Shown one piece after another: positions 38,870 to 48,506 of a stretch of DNA of 64,000 nt. The translations under genes were made by a program, and so were the position numbers. Every line of letters starts with the position of its first letter. Position 1 is the first letter of the stretch. Under the pieces are notes generated by a model that was not told the origin of the DNA, did no database searches, and saw nothing but the letters and a program-made list of their open reading frames with translations. The DNA comes from Terriglobia bacterium (lineage in GTDB: Bacteria > Acidobacteriota > Terriglobia > 20CM-2-55-15): NCBI GenBank assembly GCA_965198225.1, contig CBDAOY010000003.1, positions 64,001 through 128,000 of the forward strand. Direction: 5' to 3'.

Positions 38870-40333
38870 ATGACTCCTCCTGAAAACCCACGCATTGACC
38901 GGCGTATCACGCCAGTGCCGATCCGGATCTGGATTCCGATCGCGGGGCTGTGCTTGTTCGTAGCCGCTTGCGCTCCCAGAGACGCCGGGTTCGGATCCGT
39001 GCAGGTCATGCTCGAGCAGAGAGCGGGAATCGAAGCGAATTGGGATAACCTTCGAAGCGATCCGGACAAGGAAATGGCGATCGCCAACCTTCTCGGCCAA
39101 CCCGTCGGCGCCGAGCAGGCCGTCGAGATCGCGCTTCGCAACAACACCGAACTCCAGGCTGCTTATGAAGAGCTCGGAATCGCCGAGGCCCGCGTTCTCC
39201 AATCCAGCCTTCCGCCCAACATCGATGTCGAAGGTCATGTCGGCTACGTCGACGCCGTCGACCGGACGGAATTCGATGTCGCGGCACTAATCGACATATC
39301 GGACCTGATTCTGCTGCCGCTTCGACGTGGCGCCGCGTCTGCCGAACTCGAAGCGGTGCGCTTTGGCGCCGCGGGCCGCACGCTGGAGCTGATCCACATG
39401 GTCCGTAGGACGTTTTACACCTACCAGGCCACCGAGCAACTGCTCGAGTTGGCGCGAACCGTGCTGGAGGCTTCCGACGCCTCCTACGCCATGGCCCTGC
39501 GGTTGTACGAGGCCGGCAACATCACGTCCCTGGAACAGGCACGCCAGCAGGCGTTCTTTGAAGAAGCGAGACTGGAGGTGGTGGCCGCCGAAGGCACTGC
39601 GCTGGCGTGGCGCGAGGAGCTCAACGTCCTGATGGGCCTGTCCGGATCCGAGGCGGCCTGGACACTCTATGGGCGATTGGCCGACCCGACGGATCCGCCG
39701 CCCGACGTCGAGACGATCGAGACGCTGGCCCTCGATCAGAGCCTGGACCTGCTGGAGCTCGACCGCCGATACATCGCCGCGGCCCGTCGGGCGAGAGTGG
39801 CCCGGGTGGAAGGCCTGTTTCCTTCTCTCCGCGCCGGCGTGCATGTCGGTCGGGAAATCGATCTCAGAGAAGCCGGCCCGGTAGTGGGCTTTGAGATCCC
39901 GATCTTCGACCGCGGACAGGCTGTCGTCGCCGCGGCGCGAGCCGAAATGCGGCAGCTCGAACACAGGTATGCGGCTGGCGAAGTTCGCATCCGGTCCGCC
40001 GTTCGCTCGGCCTGGAATCAGACGCGTATCGCCGGAGAGAGAGTTCGGCATTACCGCGAAACTCTGCTCCCCCTGCGCCAGCAGATCGTCGACGGAACCC
40101 AACGCGACTACAACGCGATGCAGGCGAGCGCTTTCGAACTGATTACTGCGCGGAAGGAAGAGGTGCAGACAGGACGCCGTTACGTAATCGCTCTCAGGGA
40201 CTACTGGCAGGCGCGGACAGCCCTGGATTCGATCCTGGCGGGCCGACTCGTTCCAGTGCCCGATGGGTTGGGCTCTCGCCTGGAAGGGCCCTCGGCACGG
40301 GACAGGGAAGCCCCCTCGGCCGCGAACGATTAA
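38870..40333 (+). CDS. TolC-family outer membrane protein (copper-resistance-associated lipoprotein); start uncertain
   Basis: Lipobox-like FVAAC, AVEIALRNNTELQA, EIPIFDRGQA; adjacent to a multicopper oxidase. Confidence 0.9.
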   Translation: MTPPENPRIDRRITPVPIRIWIPIAGLCLFVAACAPRDAGFGSVQVMLEQRAGIEANWDNLRSDPDKEMAIANLLGQPVGAEQAVEIALRNNTELQAAYEELGIAEARVLQSSLPPNIDVEGHVGYVDAVDRTEFDVAALIDISDLILLPLRRGAASAELEAVRFGAAGRTLELIHMVRRTFYTYQATEQLLELARTVLEASDASYAMALRLYEAGNITSLEQARQQAFFEEARLEVVAAEGTALAWREELNVLMGLSGSEAAWTLYGRLADPTDPPPDVETIETLALDQSLDLLELDRRYIAAARRARVARVEGLFPSLRAGVHVGREIDLREAGPVVGFEIPIFDRGQAVVAAARAEMRQLEHRYAAGEVRIRSAVRSAWNQTRIAGERVRHYRETLLPLRQQIVDGTQRDYNAMQASAFELITARKEEVQTGRRYVIALRDYWQARTALDSILAGRLVPVPDGLGSRLEGPSARDREAPSAAND

Positions 40334-40360
40334 AAGTGCAATGAAAACAGGAGAATAACC

Positions 40361-41707
40361 ATGGTTTCAAGACGGGACTTTGTGACGAAATCAGCCGTTG
40401 CCGGAGGCTTGCTGATTGCTCAGGCTTCCGGTGGAGAAGCGTTAGCGGCTACAGCGAATCGTCAGGAAAGGACTGCGGATCGAGACCGCACGCCGATCGC
40501 GACGCCGAACGGCGCATCTTTGCCGTTCAACGTCGTCAATGGCGCCAAAGTCTTTCACCTCACCGCGCAGCCCGTGAAGCACGAGTTCGCTCCCGGACTC
40601 GACGCGGAGTGCTGGGGTTACAACGGCCGCACGCCGGGCCCGACCCTGGAGGCCGTCGAGGGTGATCGGGTACGGATCTATGTCACGAACCGGCTTCCGG
40701 AGCCGACGACGGTCCACTGGCACGGAGTCGTTCTGCCCAACGGAATGGACGGGGTCGGGGGTCTGACCCAACCTTACATTCGCCCGGGAGAGACATTCCG
40801 GTACGAGTTCACCTTCGAGCGTCCGGGCACCTACATGTACCATCCGCACGTCGACGAGATGACGCAGATGGGGATGGGCCTGATGGGGATGCTCGTGGTT
40901 CACGAGAAGGACGACCAGCATCCTGTCGACAGGGATTTCGCGATCATGCTGAGTGAGTGGATGGTGCGACCCGGCGCCCGGCGACCCGACCCGCGAGAGA
41001 TGACCGACTTCAACGTGCTGACGATGAACAGCAGGGTCTTCCCGGGCACCGCCCCCCTGGTAGCGCGTACCGGGGACCGTGTACGAATCCGTTTCGGGAA
41101 CCTCAGCGCGATGGATAACCATCCGATCCACCTGCACGGGTACTCGTTCCGAATCACGGGAACCGACGGCGGCCGAATCGCCGAAACCGCCCAATGGCCT
41201 GAGACGACAGTCGTGGTTCCGGTCGGGGCCACGCGCGACGTCGAGTTCGTCGCCGACGCTCCCGGCGACTGGGCGCTCCACTGCCATTTCACGCACCACA
41301 TCATGAACCAGATGGGCCATGAAGGACCGAACACGCTTGGTGCGATCACCGAAGACATCGACGAGCGAGTGCGTCGCCTCCTGCCCGGGTACATGACCAT
41401 GGGCCGGACCGGGATGTCCGGAATGGGCGAGATGGCCGAAATGGATCCGATGGGAATGCCGAGCATGGAACGTATGCCGGGAATGGATCACATGAGCATG
41501 CCGGTCCCCGACAACAGCATTCCGATGAAAGGAATGCCCGGCAAACACGACTACATCGATATGGGAGGCATGTTCACGGTCCTGAAGGTACGCGATGACG
41601 TCCGCAGCTACGATGACCCCGGCTGGTACGACAACCCGGAGGGGACGTTGGCGCGCCGAGCGTCGGCGGATGAACTGGAAGAGGATGGTATCGATGTGAG
41701 TCTGTAG
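40361..41707 (+). CDS. Tat-exported multicopper oxidase with Met-rich region
   Basis: SRRDFV Tat motif; HWHG, YHPH, HPIHLHG and HCHFTHH copper motifs. Confidence 0.96.
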   Translation: MVSRRDFVTKSAVAGGLLIAQASGGEALAATANRQERTADRDRTPIATPNGASLPFNVVNGAKVFHLTAQPVKHEFAPGLDAECWGYNGRTPGPTLEAVEGDRVRIYVTNRLPEPTTVHWHGVVLPNGMDGVGGLTQPYIRPGETFRYEFTFERPGTYMYHPHVDEMTQMGMGLMGMLVVHEKDDQHPVDRDFAIMLSEWMVRPGARRPDPREMTDFNVLTMNSRVFPGTAPLVARTGDRVRIRFGNLSAMDNHPIHLHGYSFRITGTDGGRIAETAQWPETTVVVPVGATRDVEFVADAPGDWALHCHFTHHIMNQMGHEGPNTLGAITEDIDERVRRLLPGYMTMGRTGMSGMGEMAEMDPMGMPSMERMPGMDHMSMPVPDNSIPMKGMPGKHDYIDMGGMFTVLKVRDDVRSYDDPGWYDNPEGTLARRASADELEEDGIDVSL

Positions 41708-42027
41708 CGCAATCGGTCCGGTCAATGGCCTGCACCTCACGCCCTGACAAAATAGGGATAGTCTCGACTGTCCCTATTTCATCCAACATGTAATCAGCGA
41801 CTTAGATTCGGGACACAGGAGGCTGTCCATACTTCTTCGCCGCAAGTGTTTTCAATATTTTGACTCCGGCTTGACGTTCAGTCATGGAATTCCGACGCAA
41901 AAATACCGGTGCCTGCTTGTGGCTGCCCTCCCGTAAGTGTCCGCTTTTTTACGAGATACCCCTTCGGCCTTGAGATTCGCAGAGATTGGCCGCCCGATTG
42001 CCTCTGTAGAAATCGGAGGCTGCAATC

Positions 42028-42186
42028 ATGATCCCGATCCGAGTCAAATTCGATGCGCGCTACCAGCACTTCAAGCTTGTCGAGGAATACAAAGGTCACC
42101 TGTTCGAAGACGGCGAAGACTACTGCCTGGTCACCGATGACGTGCTCGACGAAGACAACACGGGCGACTACTACGATATCCAATAG
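42028..42186 (+). CDS. 52-aa acidic small protein (absent from the ORF track)
   Basis: GGAGG 8 nt before the ATG; MIPIRVKFDARYQHFKLVEEYKGHLFEDGEDYCLVTDDVLDEDNTGDYYDIQ; strongly C/G-ending codons. Confidence 0.7.
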   Translation: MIPIRVKFDARYQHFKLVEEYKGHLFEDGEDYCLVTDDVLDEDNTGDYYDIQ

Positions 42187-42378
42187 CTCTTAGCTTTCCC
42201 TTTTCTTCCGTTCCATCCTGAGTCACGGAAGTCCTTCACAAAGGTGCGGTCAGGGGACCGCACCTTTCGTTTTTCGCATACCCGACGTCCCACCAGTCAC
42301 GCTGGCCTGCATTCTCACCAACCCTGGCGAGTCGTTGAAGAGTTCTCGGGTGCGAGAGGGCGAACTTCAGGATCGGGT

Positions 42379-42445
42379 GTACGTGCGTTCTATGAGCGCA
42401 CCTCGTTTCGGTTCGACGAATGTGCGGTCATAGACCGCACCTACA
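42379..42445. repeat. GTAG-type REP doublet (related hairpin at 42241-42266)
   Basis: GTACGTGCGTTCTATGAGCGCAC ... GTGCGGTCATAGACCGCACCTAC. Confidence 0.82.
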
Positions 42446-42462
42446 CGCTAGAATCAACAGGT

Positions 42463-43176
42463 ATGAGCGTGTATCCGCGAGATCTCGACCGTGCCCTGGT
42501 CCAAGAGATACTGGCCGACGGCGGTCACCTCCCCGCGCTCGCAGCCCGAATTGAGAGGATCAGCCGCCGATTCGTGGGTGATCCCTACCGCGAAGGCTTG
42601 CTCGTCGGTTCGCGCTCGTCGGGGGAAGTCTTTACGGCGTCGCTGGAAGCTTTCGACTGCGTGACCTACGTCGAAAACGTGCTAGCCCTCGCGGGGGCGT
42701 CGAACCACAGGACTTTTGTCGGGCGACTTCGCCGGATTCGGTATGCCGGAGGCGTCATCGACTGGGAGCACCGCAACCATTACATGACGACCTGGATTCG
42801 GAACAACGGGCGCGAAGGCCTCGTCCATGACCGAACGGCCCGTCGCGGTTCGGTAAGCCGTTCCCGGCGGCTCGACATGGTGGATGGGATTCCCGCTCGG
42901 ACGGTGCGGGTGCGAAGCGTCCCGAAACGTACTTTTCTGCGCCGTTTGGGCGATGTCCGCGACGGAGACCTCGCTTTTTTCGGTTCGACCAGGCCGGACC
43001 TCGATGTGTTCCATTGCGGGCTCCTCTTCGGTCGCGGGGGCCGCATCGTCATGCGTCACGCGGCCCGGAGCCGCGGGCAAGTCGTAGAACAGGACCTTGC
43101 CGAGTTTCTCGGGGCGAACCGAATGACGGGAGTGATTCTGGTCCGGCCGCAAGCTCGCGCCGAAAAGGTCGGATGA
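42463..43176 (+). CDS. DUF1460 NlpC/P60-like N-acetylmuramoyl-L-alanine amidase, no signal peptide
   Basis: FDCVTYVENVLAL, RNHYMTTW, LDVFHCG and MRHA. Confidence 0.88.
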   Translation: MSVYPRDLDRALVQEILADGGHLPALAARIERISRRFVGDPYREGLLVGSRSSGEVFTASLEAFDCVTYVENVLALAGASNHRTFVGRLRRIRYAGGVIDWEHRNHYMTTWIRNNGREGLVHDRTARRGSVSRSRRLDMVDGIPARTVRVRSVPKRTFLRRLGDVRDGDLAFFGSTRPDLDVFHCGLLFGRGGRIVMRHAARSRGQVVEQDLAEFLGANRMTGVILVRPQARAEKVG

Positions 43177-44498
43177 GAGTCCTCTATCCGGCGGACCGTT
43201 CCGCTTCGACGATCAACGACCTCATATCATCGACGTCGGGTGAAATACTCTTCGTTGGCGATCCCCGAGTCGAACTGGACATTGGATCGACCACCCTGGA
43301 GCGGATGGCGGACGTGCTCGACGGCTCCGAAGCGGGAATCGTTTACTCGGACGCCAAAGAGCGACGGCGGATCGACTACCAGACCGGCAGTATCCGCGAC
43401 GATTTTGACTTCGGGCCGCTGGTTTGTTTCTCGATGTCGGCGGTTCGGTCTGCGGTAAGCAAGTTCGGAGCAGTCGAGAAGGACCTCCGCTGGTCAGGGC
43501 TCTACGACCTGAGACTGAAAATCTCGGCCGACCACCCGATCGTTCGTATGCCCGAGCGGTTGTACGGAGCGCGGGACCCGGATACGCGCGCCAGCGGAGA
43601 GCGCCTGTTTGATTACGTCGATCCGCGCCAGCGAGCGTATCAGGACGAGATGGAACGCGTCGCCACAGCCCACCTGAGGCGTGTGGGCGCGTACCTCGCC
43701 CCTCGCTTCCGTCGGGTCGGTGATGTCGTTGAATCCTTCCCCGTAAAAGCCAGCATCGTCATTCCGGTCCGCAACCGCGAGTCGACGCTGCGAGCTGCCC
43801 TCTCGAGCGCTCTAGAGCAGGAGGCAGATTTTCCCCACAACGTCATCGTCGTCGACAACCACTCAACCGACGGTACCGGTGCAATCATCGAAGGAATCCG
43901 CGACCCACGCCTCGTCCATCTCATTCCCGGGCGCAGGGATCTGGGCATCGGCGGCTGCTGGAACGAGGCCATCTATTCCGACCAGTGCGGCAGGTATGCG
44001 CTTCAACTGGATTCCGACGACTTGCTCTCGGAGCCGAGCGTTCTGACGCGGATGGTCGACTGCATGGAGCAGGAGGGCTACGCGATGCTCGTTGGCTCCT
44101 ACCGGACCGTCGATTTTGCACTCAATGAGACACTGCCGGGACTGGTTGACCACCGGGAGTGGACGGCGGAGAACGGCCACAACAACGCGCTGCGCGTAAA
44201 CGGTTTCGGGGCCCCGAGGGCTTACGACGCCACCGTCGTGCGCCACTTCGGTTTTCCGAACGTGAGCTACGGGGAAGACTACGCCGTCGGTCTGCGCACG
44301 TGTCGCGAATACGAAGTTGGCAGGATCTTCGAGCCTCTTTACCTGTGCCGTAGGTGGGAGGGCAACAGCGATAGCGCTCCGCCTGCGGAGGTGCTCAATC
44401 GCTTCGACACGTTCAAGGACGGCATCCGGACATCAGAGATTCGCGCCCGGATCGCGATGAACCGGTCTCGAGATCCTCAATCCGGCGAACACGATTGA
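43173..44498 (+). CDS. GT2-family glycosyltransferase
   Basis: SIVIPVRNRE, VDNHSTDGT, LGIGGCWN, QLDSDD and SYGEDY. Confidence 0.92.
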   Translation: MRVLYPADRSASTINDLISSTSGEILFVGDPRVELDIGSTTLERMADVLDGSEAGIVYSDAKERRRIDYQTGSIRDDFDFGPLVCFSMSAVRSAVSKFGAVEKDLRWSGLYDLRLKISADHPIVRMPERLYGARDPDTRASGERLFDYVDPRQRAYQDEMERVATAHLRRVGAYLAPRFRRVGDVVESFPVKASIVIPVRNRESTLRAALSSALEQEADFPHNVIVVDNHSTDGTGAIIEGIRDPRLVHLIPGRRDLGIGGCWNEAIYSDQCGRYALQLDSDDLLSEPSVLTRMVDCMEQEGYAMLVGSYRTVDFALNETLPGLVDHREWTAENGHNNALRVNGFGAPRAYDATVVRHFGFPNVSYGEDYAVGLRTCREYEVGRIFEPLYLCRRWEGNSDSAPPAEVLNRFDTFKDGIRTSEIRARIAMNRSRDPQSGEHD

Positions 44499-45442
44499 CG
44501 GACATGAGCTGGGAGCAACGGATCATCGGTCGAGCACAGACGACAGGCACTGTCGAAATGGTGGAGCAGTTGTTTGCCCGTCAGTTGCCGTCGTGGCCGC
44601 TCCTGAGGACCGGTGTCGAGAATCTTGAACGCGTGCGCGTCAAGAGGCTCCGCATTCGATGGTTCGAGGTTCTGGTCCGACACATCCCGCATCGGATCGC
44701 GAGCACCACAGCGAGAGTGGATCCCCCCTCGATTCGCGAACGTCCCTGCTTTCTCTGTCCAGACAGCCTTCCTGAAGAAGAGCGGGGCATCGAATTTGGA
44801 GACCGGTTCGTGATTCTCTGCAATCCTTACCCGATTCTGGATCGGCATCTGTCTGTCGTCAGAAGGGAGCATGTTCCCCAGCGTATCGGGGGCGAGTTGT
44901 CGACGATGCTCGACCTGGCACGGGCGCTGCCGGGATACATGGTCCTCTACAACGGGCCGGAGTGCGGCGCTTCGGCTCCCGACCACCTCCACTTTCAGGC
45001 CTGTCGGAACGAGAAGGTCCCTGCGATTGCCGACGTGAAGCGAGTGCGGGGTGTCGCGATCGAAGATTATGCCCGTCACGTCCTGGTACTCCGGGACAGA
45101 GACCCCGCCGCGGTTTCTGATCGCTTCGGCCACGTCATGGATCGATTGGAGGGGATGGTTCCGGGCCGTTCGGAACCGATGGTCAACGTGGTCGTGTTCT
45201 TCAGCGAGGCGGAATGGGTGGTCATGGTGTTTCCGCGCGGGAAGCACCGACCCGAAGCGTACGCGAGCGGGGAACTGACGTTCTCTCCCGCGTCGATCGA
45301 TTTGTGCGGGGTTCCTGTTTTGCCGGTGGAATCCGACTTTGAGAAGGTTGATAGTGCCACGGTCGAAAATATCTTCGTAGAGGTGACGATTGCCCCGGCC
45401 GCGTTCGACGAAATCTTGGATGCGCTGGAGTCGGTGAAATGA
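44495..45442 (+). CDS. DUF4922 protein (HIT-like nucleotide phosphorylase/transferase)
   Basis: RPCFLC, NPYPI and YNGPECGASAPDHLHFQ (HxHxQ). Confidence 0.88.
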   Translation: MTDMSWEQRIIGRAQTTGTVEMVEQLFARQLPSWPLLRTGVENLERVRVKRLRIRWFEVLVRHIPHRIASTTARVDPPSIRERPCFLCPDSLPEEERGIEFGDRFVILCNPYPILDRHLSVVRREHVPQRIGGELSTMLDLARALPGYMVLYNGPECGASAPDHLHFQACRNEKVPAIADVKRVRGVAIEDYARHVLVLRDRDPAAVSDRFGHVMDRLEGMVPGRSEPMVNVVVFFSEAEWVVMVFPRGKHRPEAYASGELTFSPASIDLCGVPVLPVESDFEKVDSATVENIFVEVTIAPAAFDEILDALESVK

Positions 45443-46665
45443 ACATCGCCGTCGGTCTTGTGCAGTCCCGGGATGTGATTGCGATCCGGCTGCGAGAAGG
45501 CTACAGAGACGCTTCAGGAAAGCAATACAGGTCCGGTTCCTATCGATTCAGTGAGGCGGTCGTACTCGAGCCACTGGATAGCGCGAGGGCTTCGTTCGTC
45601 GTGGAAGATGTCAAGATCGGGATCGGTTTTCACTGGGAACAGAACCGTCGGCAGGGCTTTCGCGGGAGTTTGCGCATCGTCGATGACGATGGCCTGACGC
45701 TCATCAACGACGTCGGTCTGGAGAGTTACGTGGAGAGCGTCATCGCGTCGGAGATGAACGCTGATTCCCCCGTCGAACTGCTGAAGGCCCACGCCGTCAT
45801 TTCCCGGAGCTGGCTCATCGCCCAGTTGCGCCAGAGGGTCGGCGATGGCGGTTCCTACAGCAGGCAGGAGCAGCCTGGTCCCGACGAATGGGAAATTCAA
45901 CGGTGGTACGGAAGGGATGCACACACTAGATTCGATGTCTGCGCCGATGACCACTGCCAGCGATACCAGGGAATCGAGGACTCCCCCGACAGCGTCCGAC
46001 GTGCGGTCGAGGCGACACGAGGGCAGTGTCTGGTTTTCGGGACGGATGTCTGTGATGCGCGCTTCTCAAAGTGCTGCGGGGGTGTCACCGAGGACTATTC
46101 CGCGGCGTGGGACGAGAGGGAGATCCCCTACCTGCGGTCAGTTCCCGATGGCCCGGAGCGCCTCGACGACATCGATTCGTGGATCCGCTCGGACCCGCGA
46201 GCCCATTGCAACACCAAAGATGAAGGACTGCTCAGACGGATTCTTCCCGACTTCGATTTCGAGACCCGCGATTTCTTCAGGTGGTCGGTACGTTACAGCC
46301 GGGAAGAACTCTCCGAGGTGGTCGGTACGAAAAGCGGCATCGACCTGGGCACCGTGACGGATCTCGAACCGTTGGAAAGAGGCAGTTCGGGACGGATCAC
46401 TCGCCTCCGGATCGTGGGAAGCCGGGCTAAGCTGTCGGTGGGAAAGGAACTTGAAATCCGGCGTCTGCTGTCGGCCACACACCTGTTCAGTTCAGCTTTC
46501 GTCGTCGATGAAAACCGCGATGGCATCACGCTGGTCGGTGCGGGATGGGGGCATGGTGTTGGTCTGTGCCAGATCGGAGCGGCGGTGATGGCGTCTCGTG
46601 GAGGTGTTTACGAAGAGATCCTGTCCCACTACTATCCCGGAGCGAGGGTCGAAGTCCGATCGTGA
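45439..46665 (+). CDS. SpoIID/LytB-family lytic transglycosylase-like protein
   Basis: LESYVESVIASEM, LKAHAVISRS, CADDHCQRYQG and GWGHGVGLCQIGA. Confidence 0.93.
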   Translation: MNIAVGLVQSRDVIAIRLREGYRDASGKQYRSGSYRFSEAVVLEPLDSARASFVVEDVKIGIGFHWEQNRRQGFRGSLRIVDDDGLTLINDVGLESYVESVIASEMNADSPVELLKAHAVISRSWLIAQLRQRVGDGGSYSRQEQPGPDEWEIQRWYGRDAHTRFDVCADDHCQRYQGIEDSPDSVRRAVEATRGQCLVFGTDVCDARFSKCCGGVTEDYSAAWDEREIPYLRSVPDGPERLDDIDSWIRSDPRAHCNTKDEGLLRRILPDFDFETRDFFRWSVRYSREELSEVVGTKSGIDLGTVTDLEPLERGSSGRITRLRIVGSRAKLSVGKELEIRRLLSATHLFSSAFVVDENRDGITLVGAGWGHGVGLCQIGAAVMASRGGVYEEILSHYYPGARVEVRS

Positions 46666-47504
46666 CGCGGTCGGCGAACGTCCGATGCCAGGCCCGTTGC
46701 CTGCAGCAGACGGATCGCGTACCAGCCGATGTCGACCTGCCACCAGTGCCGGCTGAAGCAGGCGGATCCCGGATCGTCATGGTGATTACCGTGCCAGTTC
46801 TCGCCCCACGCGGTCGCCTGGAGAGGGCCCAGCCACCAGATGTTCTGGGAGGAGTCGACACCTTCGGAGAGCCCCGGCCTCAGATGAAGGATGCTGTTGA
46901 CCACGCACTGCCCGTGAAGGGAATAGGTCAGTCGTATCGCCCCAACCCAGAAGAACCCCGGCCAGCCGAACAGAAAAAAACCGAAGGCCAACGACAGCGC
47001 GACGATCGGGATCTGGATCCTGTGCCAGAACCGGTATCGTGTCTGGATCAAATCCGGGCACCATCGCTCCATACTCGAAGCCTTCCACTGGTATAGCCAG
47101 CGCAGGTGAGCCCACCAGAAACCACCGTGGCGCGGACTGGAGACGTCTTCTGCCGTGTCGGACTTGGCATGATGGTTGCGATGGTTTGCGACCCACGTGG
47201 ATGGCGCGCCGGAACCGTTGAAAACGGCGAAGAAGATGAGGATCTGCTCGAGGACCGGGTTGAGCTTCAACGCTCTGTGGGCCAGAGCACGATGGTAGGC
47301 CAGGGTGGTTCCCAGGCCGCCGATACAAGCGAAGAGAAAGGCTGTCAGGAACAGCGGCCAACCCGGCAGGGGGTACAGGACCAAACCCACGAGTGACAGC
47401 GCGTGAATCAGGACGAGAAATACCAGAACCCAGATGTTGCCGCCTTCAGCTTTGTACCAGGGTTGTGTCCACGGGTGCTTCTCGGCAAACGCCGAATCCT
47501 TCAT
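46632..47504 (-). CDS. Fatty-acid (acyl-CoA, delta-9 type) desaturase
   Basis: His boxes YHRALAH, HRNHH and WHGNHH; GFWWAH. Confidence 0.93.
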   Translation of the reverse strand: MKDSAFAEKHPWTQPWYKAEGGNIWVLVFLVLIHALSLVGLVLYPLPGWPLFLTAFLFACIGGLGTTLAYHRALAHRALKLNPVLEQILIFFAVFNGSGAPSTWVANHRNHHAKSDTAEDVSSPRHGGFWWAHLRWLYQWKASSMERWCPDLIQTRYRFWHRIQIPIVALSLAFGFFLFGWPGFFWVGAIRLTYSLHGQCVVNSILHLRPGLSEGVDSSQNIWWLGPLQATAWGENWHGNHHDDPGSACFSRHWWQVDIGWYAIRLLQATGLASDVRRPRHDRTSTLAPG

Positions 47505-47725
47505 CCTTCCTCCTAGTTTGGTCTGTGCACACGGCCCATGCTGTGTCTCGGCTGCCTGGGCCGACAAAGAGACGCCATAGTAGCACGCGTACCGCCCGCT
47601 CGAAAGGGTTTGCAGTCATTCAGCTTGATGCTGATAATTCTGTCTAACTCTTCTACCTGAAAGAGGTTCTGCCGTTGACGAAGAGACAGGAAGCGCGCGG
47701 TGATCCCGGGCGGCGAACGTCGGGC

Positions 47726-48325
47726 ATGACTTTCGTGGGGATCGACCTGGCCGGATCGGAGAAAAGACAGACGGGCTTCTGCCGCCTCAAAGGGAGGCGC
47801 GCCGAGACCGCCGTCATCTATGACGATGACCAACTTCTGTCGCGGATGGCTCGGTACAGGCCGACCTTGGTCGGTATGGACGCGCCACTGTTTCTACCGG
47901 CCGGCCGATGCTGCTTGCGTAACGACTGCACATGTCCGAGAGACGTCCATTTCCGGCAGTGCGATCTCGAACTCCGCCGCCGCCGCATCAAGTTCTTTCC
48001 GATCACTTTGGGGCCGATGCGCCAGTTGACGATGCGCGGTATTCGCCTGGCGAAGCAGTTGGAAGAGATGGGGCACGTGATGCTGGAAACCTATCCCGGG
48101 GCGGCTCAGGACATATGGAAGATTCCCCGGCAGAAGAATCCGCCCGGCTTGAGGCGGGGTCTAGGGAAGATGGTCCACATCTCCCGTCGGGGTATCACCC
48201 GGCACGAGCTGGATGCGATAACCTGTGCCCGCCTGGCGCAGCTGCACCACAAGGGACAGACCGAACTCATCGGAAGGGAAGATGAGGGGTGGATGGTATT
48301 GCCGTTAGGGTCCGCCCAAGAATAA
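47726..48325 (+). CDS. DUF429 RNase H-like-fold protein; C-terminus altered by a MITE
   Basis: VGIDLAG, MDAPL, ETYPG and HELDAITCA. Confidence 0.85.
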   Translation: MTFVGIDLAGSEKRQTGFCRLKGRRAETAVIYDDDQLLSRMARYRPTLVGMDAPLFLPAGRCCLRNDCTCPRDVHFRQCDLELRRRRIKFFPITLGPMRQLTMRGIRLAKQLEEMGHVMLETYPGAAQDIWKIPRQKNPPGLRRGLGKMVHISRRGITRHELDAITCARLAQLHHKGQTELIGREDEGWMVLPLGSAQE

Positions 48326-48486
48326 CTTTGCAGAATCGGCGCCCAGATTTGCGTCAGATTCGGTTGCGACCGATTGAGCAGTACCGGAGGAATAGCCGGA
48401 CTATTTCGAGGATCTGCGATTGAGGAGCGGCCGAAGATGGCGTGAAGATGGGATGCCAAAATGCAAAGTTATTCTTGGGCGGGCCC
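48308..48486. mobile_element. 179-bp MITE with ~24-bp terminal inverted repeats and TTA target duplication
   Basis: TTA|GGGTCCGCCCAAGAATAACTTTGCA ... TGCAAAGTTATTCTTGGGCGGGCCC|TTA. Confidence 0.88.
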
Positions 48487-48506
48487 TTAGTAGAGGAGGC
48501 TAGAAG

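Noticed and set aside
38142-42200. Integrative island at tRNA-Leu
   Set aside because: No integrase and no duplicated tRNA 3' end were seen.
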